From positions 17,422,001-17,486,000 of the forward strand of contig NW_027266271.1 in assembly GCF_022045235.1 (NCBI RefSeq): DNA of 64,000 nucleotides, written 5' to 3'. A program made the translations under genes and the position numbers. The stretch's first letter is position 1; the number at the start of each line of letters is the position of its first letter. This document shows positions 35,127 through 46,419 of this stretch, piece by piece. The DNA comes from Haliotis cracherodii (taxonomy: Eukaryota). Below the pieces are notes generated by a model. It was not told the origin of the DNA. It did no database searches and saw nothing but the letters and a program-made list of their open reading frames with translations.

Positions 35127-37208
35127 TCAGACTTCTCGTACATTGTTCAGCGATAAAACTAGGCGATCCCAAAAGAATCTTCTGGCATCCTCTTCGTCTC
35201 CCCAAGGGATGAAGGGATGCATCCTGACCAGGGCGTACACAGACTGCGTCATGTTGGCGACCTGGACCTCCTCCAGCAGGACCAGGATGATGGGATTTCT
35301 CTCCCCTTCCAGCTGTCTCTGGACAAACATCAACTCGAACTGACACTGCTCATCTCTGGCCATGGCATTGGACAGAAGAATCAGGATGGTTTTACTGACA
35401 TTCATATTGTTTACAACGTTATCGACGATAGGGATACCGGCCAAAGAGTCTCGGTCACGAATGTACAATCTGGAACCATGAGTTCCCTCTACTTTGGGAA
35501 TGAGTTCGTTCTTTATCCATCTGATGTCCTCCAAACTATATATTACATAAGCATCATATTTACTCTCTATGTTTTCAAGTCGATGGAGTTCCCCCGCCTG
35601 GTATCTTCTCGTGTATAAATAATACCGAATGTGCCATCGGTATCTATACGTGATAGACACTGTCGTTAGGACAAGGAAGCCGATTCCACAGACTCCAATC
35701 AGGACAAACATAACAGGGAGGGGAAGAAGGCATGACTGTTCAGAGAGGTAGACCTTGGAGAGTACTCTTCCTCTCATTTCCCCAGGATTGGAACACACGT
35801 ACTTCTCCGGATAGTCTTTGAACTTCCTACGTTCGGACTTTGTCCAGTTGAGGAACCATAGGAGTTCACAGTTACACGCAAACGGATTGTGCATTAAATC
35901 AACAACTTGAAGCTTTTGTTGGACTTCTGAGGTGAACACTCGTTCATCTATTTTAGCTAATCGGTTACTTGATAGCCAAATGTGGGTAAGGTTCTTTAAA
36001 GGTGTCAGCACACCTACGGGTAACTCGTCCATGCCATTTTCATACAGTTTTAGGTATTTCAAGTTTTGTAAGTAAACTGAAATGAAATTTGGAAACGATT
36101 TAATTCCACAGCTTCCAAGGCCAAGTCCCGTTAAAGATTTTAAGTGTCCAAACCAGTCAGCTAGGTCTTGGTCGGATGTGCTCCGGAACTTATTATAAGA
36201 AACATCAATTGACTGTAGATTGGAGCATCCTTTGAATGCATCTTTGTGTACATGTGTCATAAAATTTATACCACTTGATGCTAAAGATATGTATTCTATT
36301 TTGCTGTTGTTGAAAGCATGTTGATCTATACGTAGGTTGCCGCTACCGAGGTTTCTCAGGATTACATCAGTTAGTGAAGGCATTTCCGAGAATGAATTTG
36401 GCTTTATTTCCCGAATGCGGTTGGTGTTGAGAGAAAAGACGGTCAAATTCTTAAGGCATTGAATGCACCCACCCTCAATTGTGTATAAATCATTGTGGTC
36501 CAACTTCAGTTTTCTAAGGCCTGGAAAAAAGGACCCTTTTGTCCTACAAAAATTAGGAAACGTTGAAATATAGTTGTCTCTCAGGTTCAATTCTAGTAAC
36601 GATGGGGCGTACGCAAGCTTTACTTCCCGGATGGAATTGTAAGCCAGTGATAAAGTCTGAAGGTTGAAGACGCCGCTGAAATCGATCTGATTATAACTTT
36701 TAAAGTCGTTACTCCCTAGGTCCAGATACTTCAGTGTGGGACTATGTAACCGATGAAAGATTTGTGAATCGGTCAACTTCAGTTGAACAAGCGATAATGT
36801 TTGAAGAGGAAGATGGCTCAAGGTCTTGAATGTTCCAGCTAAAGATTTTCCCGAGAAACTATTGTTGTCAAGATACAACTCGGTCAAGGTAGTCAGATGA
36901 ATAAATGTGTCAACTGACATGCTTATTATCTTGTTTGACCTCAGAGTTAACCTTTTCAACTTCAGTAATTTTATATTCGTAAACGTTTTTGAGGATATAT
37001 TTCGAAGATAATTGCCTGAGAAATCCACGTCAGTTACGAACTCTGGTAGCCTTGGAATATATGTGAGTTTCCTTCCGTGGCCCTTGCATGCTGCTTGTTT
37101 GGTGTGGTTGTTACATCTGCACCAGCTGTCGCCACAGTTCTCGTGGTGTGCTGTCGACGACAGCGTCACCAGCAGAAGGATGAAGAGAAGTTGGCAAAAG
37201 ACTGTCAT
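35127..37208 (-). CDS. Toll-like receptor (single cysteine cluster type), 693 aa, single coding exon
   Basis: Signal peptide MTVFCQLLFILLLVTLSS, LRRNT (CGDSWCRC), ~15 LRRs, LRRCT NPFACNC..WF, TM helix, and a TIR domain (YDAYVIYS, RDRDSLAG, FFW). Acceptor TTTTTCTATGTTTCAG ends 13 nt upstream of the ATG at 37208. Confidence 0.95.
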   Translation of the reverse strand: MTVFCQLLFILLLVTLSSTAHHENCGDSWCRCNNHTKQAACKGHGRKLTYIPRLPEFVTDVDFSGNYLRNISSKTFTNIKLLKLKRLTLRSNKIISMSVDTFIHLTTLTELYLDNNSFSGKSLAGTFKTLSHLPLQTLSLVQLKLTDSQIFHRLHSPTLKYLDLGSNDFKSYNQIDFSGVFNLQTLSLAYNSIREVKLAYAPSLLELNLRDNYISTFPNFCRTKGSFFPGLRKLKLDHNDLYTIEGGCIQCLKNLTVFSLNTNRIREIKPNSFSEMPSLTDVILRNLGSGNLRIDQHAFNNSKIEYISLASSGINFMTHVHKDAFKGCSNLQSIDVSYNKFRSTSDQDLADWFGHLKSLTGLGLGSCGIKSFPNFISVYLQNLKYLKLYENGMDELPVGVLTPLKNLTHIWLSSNRLAKIDERVFTSEVQQKLQVVDLMHNPFACNCELLWFLNWTKSERRKFKDYPEKYVCSNPGEMRGRVLSKVYLSEQSCLLPLPVMFVLIGVCGIGFLVLTTVSITYRYRWHIRYYLYTRRYQAGELHRLENIESKYDAYVIYSLEDIRWIKNELIPKVEGTHGSRLYIRDRDSLAGIPIVDNVVNNMNVSKTILILLSNAMARDEQCQFELMFVQRQLEGERNPIILVLLEEVQVANMTQSVYALVRMHPFIPWGDEEDARRFFWDRLVLSLNNVREV

Positions 37209-37750
37209 GTCAAGGTGGCCACTGAAACATAGAAAAATAGGAACTATAGAGCAAGATGTTTTTGAAATGCTTTGGAGATACGGTTTCAGAAATGAACACA
37301 GTCTGGGAATACTTTTTGAGACTGGTGCAGTCACCTGTTGAGTGAGTGTTTCTGTTGTATCGCATGGTAGATTACTGTGGGAGTGATGCAAGACGTTATG
37401 CAGGCATAAAACACGCGAGCATGGGTGTGGTTCTGAAAGAAAGATATGTGTGGTGAACCCGTGGCACATCCATGTGACCTGTGACCCGGGTCTGCACAGC
37501 GAATTTCGGCGCTTGAGACGACTGCGCGGCCCCATGATGTAGTACTTGACCAATGAGCTTGGAGATATTACTGATCTGATTGTGTGTTCCGAATGAAAGA
37601 ATGATGGGAATCTCGAGGTTTTGTCGCAGACGAGGGACTGGCTGTCTCGTTATCTACATATGACCCCTTTATTTAAAAAGCGAAAATTAACAAACACATA
37701 TGTGTACCATCACTCTAACGTACTGTTCCAATCAGGGAATCAACTAGGGA

Positions 37751-37778
37751 TGACGTCATCACACTCTTCGTTACGTAA
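37751..37778. promoter_or_regulatory. bZIP palindromes (CRE TGACGTCA; TTACGTAA) upstream of the TLR
   Basis: Two perfect 8-bp palindromes 12 bp apart, ~550 bp upstream of the TLR ATG. Function is inferred only. Confidence 0.3.
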
Positions 37779-39177
37779 CATCGACTATAAAAACACAAAG
37801 CAGGAGTTTGAACTGTGCAGGGGTTGTCGATTTTATTTATTTATTTTGTTGTTTGTTTTAGCGCCTCATTCGACTTTCCAGCTATATGACTGTAAAAACT
37901 TGAGCCTGGACAAGAAAACCAGTGATTAATATTATGAGCTACAATCCACGTTGTTTGGGTACGATGATACGCAATAAACCAAGTCACCGAGACTGACCAC
38001 GCTATCCATTAAGTCCCCCTTAAGATTAGCATTGGCTGCTGTTGAACTTTTTGTATCCGGATGGGCGTTGGGGTAGCCTAGTGGTTAAAGCGTTGGCTCG
38101 TCACGCCGAAGACCCAGGCCCGATTCCCCACATGGATACAAGCCCATTTTCCGTTGTCCCCCGCCGTGATATTGCTGGACTATTGCTAAACCAATCACAT
38201 TCAGAAATGAAGGTCTAAGCATACTTCATACTTTTCAGTTTAATGAGGACATGTTCCGTTTAAAAAAATGCGTTTTTTTCAGATGTACAGGTAGAGGTCC
38301 AACAATGAAAAAAGGCATCAAGGTTGTCTCCCAAATCGTTATCTTTGTATAGTAATCATCCGAAATGTAGCTTATTTTTTTCATCTGCTCGTATCAATCA
38401 TTGTTTATTCAGTCTCAAAGGTATTGGCCCACAGTAGAAAATTGTGATCAGTAACAAGTGGTTGTAAAATACTTACTGTACATTACAATGATATATCATG
38501 ATTTACAATTGTGTAAGTGGACCCTCTGTCTGGTCCACACAAGACCTATAATGAGTGAGTGAGTGAGTGAGTGATGTTTAACGCCGCTTTTAAGTATTGC
38601 AGTTATATCGCTGCTTGTCAGCTTAATGTGGGAGGAAAGCCCGAATTGACGCCGGTCTCAGACGTTTACCACTTCGGTGAAACCCACGAGCATGGGTATG
38701 GTGCTGACAAAGCTAGAAAAATAATCGGGGCGAACCGGGATTCGAACCCACAATCATAAGTTTCTAGCATTCCCAAGGGACGCAACTCTGTTCCACGAAT
38801 TGCGGCGCCTTAGACGACTGGGCCACCCGTGCCCCTGACATATAATGAAGAATGATTGTGACTAAGCATGTCGGGAAACGCTTTCTTTGTCTGCTGTCCC
38901 CGACTTCATCCCGTCTGTGTTGAAGTATCTACCTCGGATATAGATACTTACATGTATCCTGTCATCGTGTCCTAGTGTTCCTTCTTTAGTCATATTCGTC
39001 GAAAATTGGGAATATCCAAAACTTGTATGGTCATGTGAATTCCATTGAATACATGACGAATTTTATTGTGTCAAGTCAAATGTGGGACTTTCCCGACGAG
39101 TTTAAATGACATGGGCGGATCCAGCATTTTTAAAAGGCAGGGGTCCAAATTACAAAATATTCTTTCAGATAATTTTA

Positions 39178-39351
39178 NNNNNNNNNNNNNNNNNNNNNNN
39201 NNNNNNNNNNNNNNNNNNNNNNNNNNNNNNNNNNNNNNNNNNNNNNNNNNNNNNNNNNNNNNNNNNNNNNNNNNNNNNNNNNNNNNNNNNNNNNNNNNNN
39301 NNNNNNNNNNNNNNNNNNNNNNNNNNNNNNNNNNNNNNNNNNNNNNNNNNN
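39178..39351. other. Assembly gap (174 N)
   Basis: Run of N. Confidence 1.
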
Positions 39352-41257
39352 ACGCCCTCTGGATCCGCCTATGCATCAAACGTCACCGCAATAGCCCATC
39401 AACTTTATCGCAATAGAATGCTAGAGTGTAATCAGAATAACAACTAACAGCTACAAACTTACGTTTTCCACATCATGTCTGTTCCAATTGACTGCCACCA
39501 ACCATATCGCCTCTCTACTGCGTCTCTCCAATACCAATCATGACAACACTAAATTCCACTCTAGCTCCAGACTGTAACAGCTGTGACTGTGATTCTGGCT
39601 CACAGTGCATGTGCACGCTGTGTACCTCTCACTCACAGGAGACGGGGTATGGATATTGAAACAGTATCTGTGTCGCCTTGACTAGAAAGTAGTGACATCT
39701 ATCCTAAGACAGCAAGGTTATCACATCGATCCGGTTGATGCCGTTGTCAGTGTGACATGCCATGCGGGCTGAACAAACCTAGGTTTGTCTATTCTGACGC
39801 ATCCTGGTGTCATAGTACTCGACGGACTCAATACAGAAGAGACAAGGAAGTAGCAAACGTCAACGACAGAGTATGACCGGTCTCGATTATCCGCCGAAAC
39901 AGATAGCATTGCAAGCAGTGCAAATGTTTATAAGTCATACAAGCTGGGTGAGTGAGTATGATTTTACGCTGCTTTTAGCAATATTCCAGCAATATTACGG
40001 CGGGGGACACCAGAAATGGTTTTACACATAGTACCCATGTCAGGAAACGAACCCGGGTCTTCGGCGCGACGAGCGAACGCTTTGACCACTAGGCTACCCG
40101 ACCGCCCCTCTAAGTCATTCAAAGAGATTTGGGTAACACTTTAATGTACACATACTAGTCTCTCTTTTGTACATTTCTTTTGTTATCTATAAACTCATCT
40201 TCTTTTCTGTTTTCCGTGTATATGATTTACTGTACATGTATAAATATCATGGCGAGGGAGTCCTAAGTTGGATAATTTGCTCCCAATCCATTTCAATCTA
40301 AATAAAATTGATTGAGCGTAAAGGGCAAAATAGCGGTGACAAACCCGTTTGTTTGTTTGTTTGTTGTTTAAAGCCGCACTCAATTTTCCAGCTATATGAC
40401 GGTGGTCTGTAAATAATCGAGTTTAGACCAGACAATCCATTGATTGACATCATGAGCATCGATCCACGCATTTGTAATACAATGACATGCATCAACCAAG
40501 TCAGCAAGCCCCACCATCCGATCCCGCTAGTCCCCACTTACAACAGGCATAGCATGGGTTGCTGAGGACCTAGTCTAGCCAGGATCTTCACGGGTCCGCG
40601 ATATAACTGAAATACTTGCTACCAGACCCACTCATTCAGAATGAAAGGTCCATGCTATTTGTGATTGTCAAAAAGGTCAGCGAGTCTGACCACCAATCTG
40701 CAGCTACCCTTCAGCTGTTCCATAACAGATAACACGACCCGTGAACATCTGGGATAGATCTGGTCTCCAGCAACCCATGCTTGTCGTAAGAGGCGACTAA
40801 CGGGATCGGGTGGTGAGGCTCGCTAACTTTGTTGATGCATGTCATCGTATCCCAATTACATGGATCGATGCTCATGATTTCAATCACTGGATTGTCTAGT
40901 CCAGATTGGATTATTTTTCAGACCGCCGTCATATAGATGGAATATTGCTGAGTGCGGCGTTAAACAACAAGCAAACACATAAGCAAAAGATAACGCGCCA
41001 GAAACCTATGATCGATGGTTCGAATCTCGGTTCGCCTCGAATACGTTTGTAGGTTTGTCAGCCCCATACCCGTGCTCGAGGGTTTCACCAAACATGTTAA
41101 CATCTGAGACCTGCATTACTTGACCTTCGGACTTTCCTCCCACACAATGCTGACGCCATGCTATAACTGGAATACTGTTCAAAGCAGCGTTAAACCCAAC
41201 TCACTTCCTCTATCCTGTGTAACATGCTGAAACTGTCTGATCCCGTTTTGTCCCCAG

Positions 41258-42356
41258 ATCCTGTGTTTGCCGGGGGACTTGTCACAGAATGAAACAGTGA
41301 CCACACTTATCCGTCAAACTGTAGCAAAATTCGGAAAAATCACTGCCTTGGTCAGTGTCTGTTTAAGTCGATTATCATTTTGCCATAAATTGCAGACGCC
41401 AATACCATTAGAGATGCAAATATATACACATTCATTCTATTTCTACCCTACATTATATAAGTTTAATAATTTGATTGCTTCAACTGATATATATATACTG
41501 TTCAAAATATAACTACAATTCCGTATAAAGCAATCCGGTGTAAAAAAACCATCATTATTGTATATTGCACATTAAATTTGTGTCACACCGTGGAGTGTAC
41601 TGTGGAATGGGCCTATGGCCTGCGCTGCTTGATAAAATAGATTAATACGTTAGATAAGCACAGGAACGGGCATAGTTAATTAACTCCTTCGTCACCACTC
41701 GCCCCTTTCCGTCACCTGCAAGAAGACTTGTCCCCCCATCGATGAATGTTATGTACGAAAATACGACAAACCAATCAGTTCAAGTTCTTTGTCAAACAAT
41801 CCTCAGAAATAATTTTTGATTTTTCATATGTCTTGCATCTAAAAATATACCCACGACACAGTTAAATGTGTTCAATCATACTGTATAATTCCGCATGTCC
41901 CGATGTGCTTTAAATTGCATCTGAAATATAATATAATATATGAGGAAATACATGTGAACTATTACGCAACGAATTGACAATTGTTTTAGGTATGCCGTTT
42001 GCGCTAAGACGGAACCCGGTTGCAAAAATGGCCACGAGAGAGGCACTAGTCGCTATTCGGCTTGTCCCGGAATAACACGACTTGGTCACGAATGTTAATT
42101 AACTATGCCGATGAAACCAAACAAGGGTGAGATTGAGGGATCAACTTTGAGCTACACTTGATCGAGATCAGCAAAAGTAGACGTTAGACTTTGTTTATGT
42201 GAAATATTGTACAGGTGAACAACGCTGGGACGACGACAGTATCGGACAGTCTTGGCGCTCTGACCACCGCCGAGTTCGACCGCGTCATGTCCGTCAACCT
42301 ACGAGCTCCACTCTTCCTGGCCCAGGAAGCCATGCCCTTTCTTAAAGAGACAAAAG
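41258..42356 (+). pseudogene. Partial short-chain dehydrogenase/reductase (FabG-like): two internal exons, 41258-41350 and 42215-42356
   Basis: AG/GT-bounded exons splice in frame to ILCLPGDLSQNETVTTLIRQTVAKFGKITAL|VNNAG...FDRVMSVNLRAPLFLAQEAMPFLKETK. NNAG is an SDR motif. No TGxxxGxG or YxxxK exons were found. Confidence 0.78.
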
Positions 42357-42559
42357 GTTGTATGCTTTTCTTGTTTTATGAAATAGGTTTGCCCTATAGG
42401 GCGAGAAAGGGTGAAATGCCCTTTGATCGGATTATTTTTGTAGTTACATCACTGCGGAGGATGGAAATACAGTTTGAAACATTGTTTCACGGAAGTGATA
42501 AATTAACGGCCTTTATGCATTCGGAACACCAGGTTGGATGGAAAAACTTTCATGTGTTA

Positions 42560-42900
42560 TTTTTAGCTCACCTGGCCTTAAAGGCCATATGAGCTTATGT
42601 CGTCGCAAGTCGGTGTCCATAAACAGTTTCCATTTCAAGCTGAAATTATATGTCGGCGTTTCAATATGGCCACCAGGATCCATCTTTGATTCAAAACAAG
42701 CAAAAAAAACAACATAAATCTTCTTAAAACGTCAAAGGGCCTAAAGCCTGAAACTTGAGAATTAAGATGGTCACCTTGCGTAGTACGACATTTGTTTCAG
42801 ATATTTTGATCGATCTCCAATATGGCTGCCATATTGGACAATACGAAAAACGTCTTCAGCCGTGAACATCTCATCAGAAACCACGTGACAAATGATGATG
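42560..42900 (+). mobile_element. Helentron/HINE-like non-autonomous element end
   Basis: TTTTTAGCTCACCTGGCCTTAAAGGCCATATGAGC: T-run, subterminal repeat and short hairpin, resembling molluscan Helitron-N/HINE termini (from recall). Confidence 0.45.
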
Positions 42901-43885
42901 AAAACTTACATACCTTTTCCGACAAATGACGACATGATTTTATTCAGGCCTTTTCACAGTCATGTTTGTTCACAATTACAATGTACCTTTGCACTTTTGA
43001 CCCTTACATGGGCGGTCGGGTAGCCTAGTGGTTAAAGCGTTCGCTCGTCACGCCGAAGACCCGGGTTCGATTCCCAACATGGGTACAATGTGTGAAGCCC
43101 ATTTCTGGTGTCCCCCGCCGTGATATTGCTGGAATAATACTAAAAGCGGCGTAAAATCAAACTCACTAACTCGACCCTTTAATTCTCTCCAAATGCATTT
43201 CATGTTTTGTTCAAATCATTAGGAGTTTCTTGTGAAACAATCGGAAAATGTGATGCCACAAGGAAAATTATTCTCCTCCAGAGTTAAAACTGTTGGTCGT
43301 AAATGTATATTGCAACAATGTCCTGCAATAGTATATCCATTCTTGCAGGTTTAGGAACCTTGTAGATACAAACTACTTGTTCATATTTGTAACTAATGTC
43401 CTCCTGATGTTTGTTTGTTTGTTTGTTCTTTAACGCCGCACTCAGCAATATTTCTGCTATATGACGGCGGTCTGTAAGTAATCGAGTCTGGACAAGACAA
43501 TCCAGTGATTGATATCATGCGCATCGATCTACGCAACTTTGATACAATGACATGCATGAACCAAGTCAGCGAGCCTGACCACCCGATCCCGTTAGTCGCC
43601 TTTAACGACAAGCATAGTCACCTTTTACGACAAGCATGGTTTGCTGAAGACCTATTCTACCCCGGAATCTTCATCAAAATGAAGTGTTCTTGTTAGTGTT
43701 GAACAAAATATAAATACCTACCTGTGGTCATCATTGTTTATTTCGAACATGTCAGGATATCTATCATATTTGTTATGATGGGAAACTCTGTTCCTTAATA
43801 CAACAACAAAGCTATGTTTACAAATATTTCAGCAACTAACACGAACAACCTTGAACACAAATTAAGAGATAGGGGTGGGTGAAGT

Positions 43886-44200
43886 AAAATGGGTTTTAGG
43901 TTGCGTTCTATAGTATTGCACTAAAAGCGACGTGCATGCACGTCAGTCTGCTTGTACTAGTCGGGACGTATGTCAGTTTTATAGTGCTAGCCCACTGAGA
44001 AACCAAGCCATAGTTAAACATGGATACCAAGCTCGGACACATTAGACTGACTCCGAGCCGACCAGTCCTTGTTTTAGCCCCTTAACGCCGAGCGCCAGAC
44101 AGGGTAACAACAAGTCCCATCTTTTAACGTCTTTGGGTATGACGAGGCGAAGGGATCCTTCCTCTCTCCGAGCATGTGCTGAATCCTCCACTCCACGGAT
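43886..44200 (-). mobile_element. SINE family D, Meta-domain-like
   Basis: GTCATACCCAAAGACGTTAAAAGATGGGAC..GGCGCTCGGCGTTAAG..GACTGGTCGGCTCGGAGTCAG..AATGTGTCCGAG..CAGTGGGCTAGCACTATAAAA resembles molluscan MetaSINE bodies (from recall). Further pieces at ~50820-50970 and 54695-54955. Confidence 0.7.
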
Positions 44201-44663
44201 GGCGGGATGGATGGATGGATGGATAGATGGAGATAGATAAATAGATATATATTATGATAGCACCACACCATAATATTCATAAACTCATTTTGAATCATTC
44301 TTATATCAACCACAACGTGAAGACACAAAAAGCAACACCAGCCATGGTATGAAGTCAAATAAACCAGCTACTAACATAGAAATGTGTATATATTAAGTGC
44401 AGAATTACTATATTTGTCTGAAAACATAAAACCGGTATTTCACTTTCAGTCTGGGCTGTGGTTCATAGAGAAAGCTCAAGAATATTATTCAGAAAATATA
44501 TTTTGAATATTTGTCTCATCTTGTAAAATAAGATTCTTATCTCATGATCTGATGTGCATAGTATTGTGATTTTACCTAGCATTAAACTCACCGACTGCTA
44601 TTAATACAAACTCCATTCAAGATGCATTTCGTGAAACTTTTAGTTTCGTGTTAAGTAATCAAC

Positions 44664-45432
44664 AAATATGGCCAATATGGTGGTCATTATGGGGGCAATG
44701 TGGTGGTCAATATGGGGGCAATGTGGTGGTCAATATAGGGGCCATGTGGTGGTCAATATGGGGGCCATATCGTGGTCATTATGGGGGCCATGTGGTGGTC
44801 AATATGGGGGCAATGTGGTGGTCAATATGGGGGCAATGTGGTGGTCAATATAGGGGCCATGTGGTGGTCAATATAGGGGCCATGTGGTGGTCAATATGGG
44901 GGCCATATCGTGGTCATTATGGGGGCCATGTGGTGGTCAATATGGGGGCAATGTGGTGGTCAATATGGGGGCAATGTGGTGGTCAATATAGGGGCCATGT
45001 GGTGGTCAATATAGGGGCCATGTGGTGGTCAATATGGGGGCCATATCGTGGTCAATATGGGGGCCATGTGGTGGTCAATATGGGGGCAATGTGGTGGTCA
45101 ATATGGGGGCCATATCGTGGTCATTATGGGGGCCATGTGGTGGTCAATATGGGGGCAATGTGGTGGTCAATATGGGGGCCATATGGTGGTCAATATGGGG
45201 CCATGTGCTGGTCAATATGGGGGCCATATCGTGGTCATTATGGGGGCCATGTGGTGGTCAATATGGGGGCCATATGGTGGTCAATATGGGGGCCATATGG
45301 TGGTCAATGTGGCAATATCGTGGTCAATGTGTGTGTGTGTGGGGGGGGGGGGGGGGGGGGCATATGGTTGTCAATATGGTGGCCATATCGTGGTAATATG
45401 GGGGCAATATGGTGGTCAATATGGGGGCCATA
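44664..45432. repeat. 23-bp minisatellite (ATGTGGTGGTCAATATGGGGGC[A/C])n
   Basis: About 30 tandem units, with a GT/G-run interruption near 45330. Confidence 0.96.
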
Positions 45433-45736
45433 CTGACATTCAAAACTTTTGAGCAAAAGACGAGGAAGGATAAGGTCACTCTTAGTCCATTGAACATGTA
45501 ATAGTGAAGCTAAGGAAAACCGTGAGATCTTCGTATGAAGTGAGTGAGTGAGTTACGTTTAACGCAGCTTTCGACAGTATTAAAAGCTTTGCTTGTGCTT
45601 TCAGTGGTGCTGTGAGCATTTCAAGTACATGTATTAAATGTTGCTTCGACAAAAGTCTAATTATAATTCACATGAAACATTTGATAACCATCATGACATG
45701 CGGACCAGCCTTCAGCCAAGATAAACCATGATCCTT

Positions 45737-45742
45737 ATAATG

Positions 45743-45791
<49 letters not shown>

Positions 45792-45825
45792 TGATGATGA
45801 TGATGATAATAACAACAATAATAAG
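45737..45825. repeat. Compound (TAA)n(TGA)n microsatellite
   Basis: Seen directly in the sequence. Confidence 0.95.
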
Positions 45826-46419
45826 AAGAATATTTCTATAATATTAAAATTGTTCCATGCCTTCCTGTAACTCAGAACGCTACATCAGTATTACCCTGTT
45901 AATTGATCAGTGTGTTCCCAGATGTCATTATCAACTCCTTGGGGAGTATACAAACCAAGTTGCCTGAGAGAAATAAGGGTAACCGTCACATTACCATATC
46001 ATCCTTCCGGGGACCCATTCGCTGCTAGGGGAACAGAAGCATATTTTGAACAGTCACTTGTGAAAGGAGACGTCTTGCTTCAGTTTTTAGCCAGCATGCC
46101 AAATGCAAAGGAAGAAAAATAGTCTTCCAATACCGGAAAACGACACTTTATCATATTACTCACAAATCAAATTTCAATATCTGAAAAAATGATGTCTTGT
46201 GGAAGGAAATGGGTTTTCTGATACGGCGTCCATATTCAAACTCATATCGGATTGAATCATGGACCCATCAATAAGTTCATCTGTAACGTATACCAACGAA
46301 GGCCATCACTTAAATAATGTGAATCTCAAAATGTTCAAGCGATGTAATCAATCTGTGCCACACTGAATATATGATAGCAGGAACAGGCAATGGACAAATG
46401 TGTCAGCCATTAGATGACG

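Noticed and set aside
37209-37553. 115-aa N-terminal extension of the TLR ORF in the ORF track
   Set aside because: It starts at TTG, runs through a degenerate family B SINE head (~37490-37533), and lies upstream of a good splice acceptor. The signal peptide begins at Met 37208.
39066-39447. ORFs spanning the N run
   Set aside because: Artefacts of the assembly gap.
44648-45452. Gly/Trp-rich ORFs; GNVVVN resembling the missing SDR 'GNIVNVSS' exon
   Set aside because: These are products of a 23-bp minisatellite read in rotating frames, with no splice sites or following SS/YxxxK motif.
46180-46282. Candidate last CYP exon after a TTACAG acceptor
   Set aside because: The translation is not P450-like; the true terminal exons are 46826-46869 and 46420-46533.
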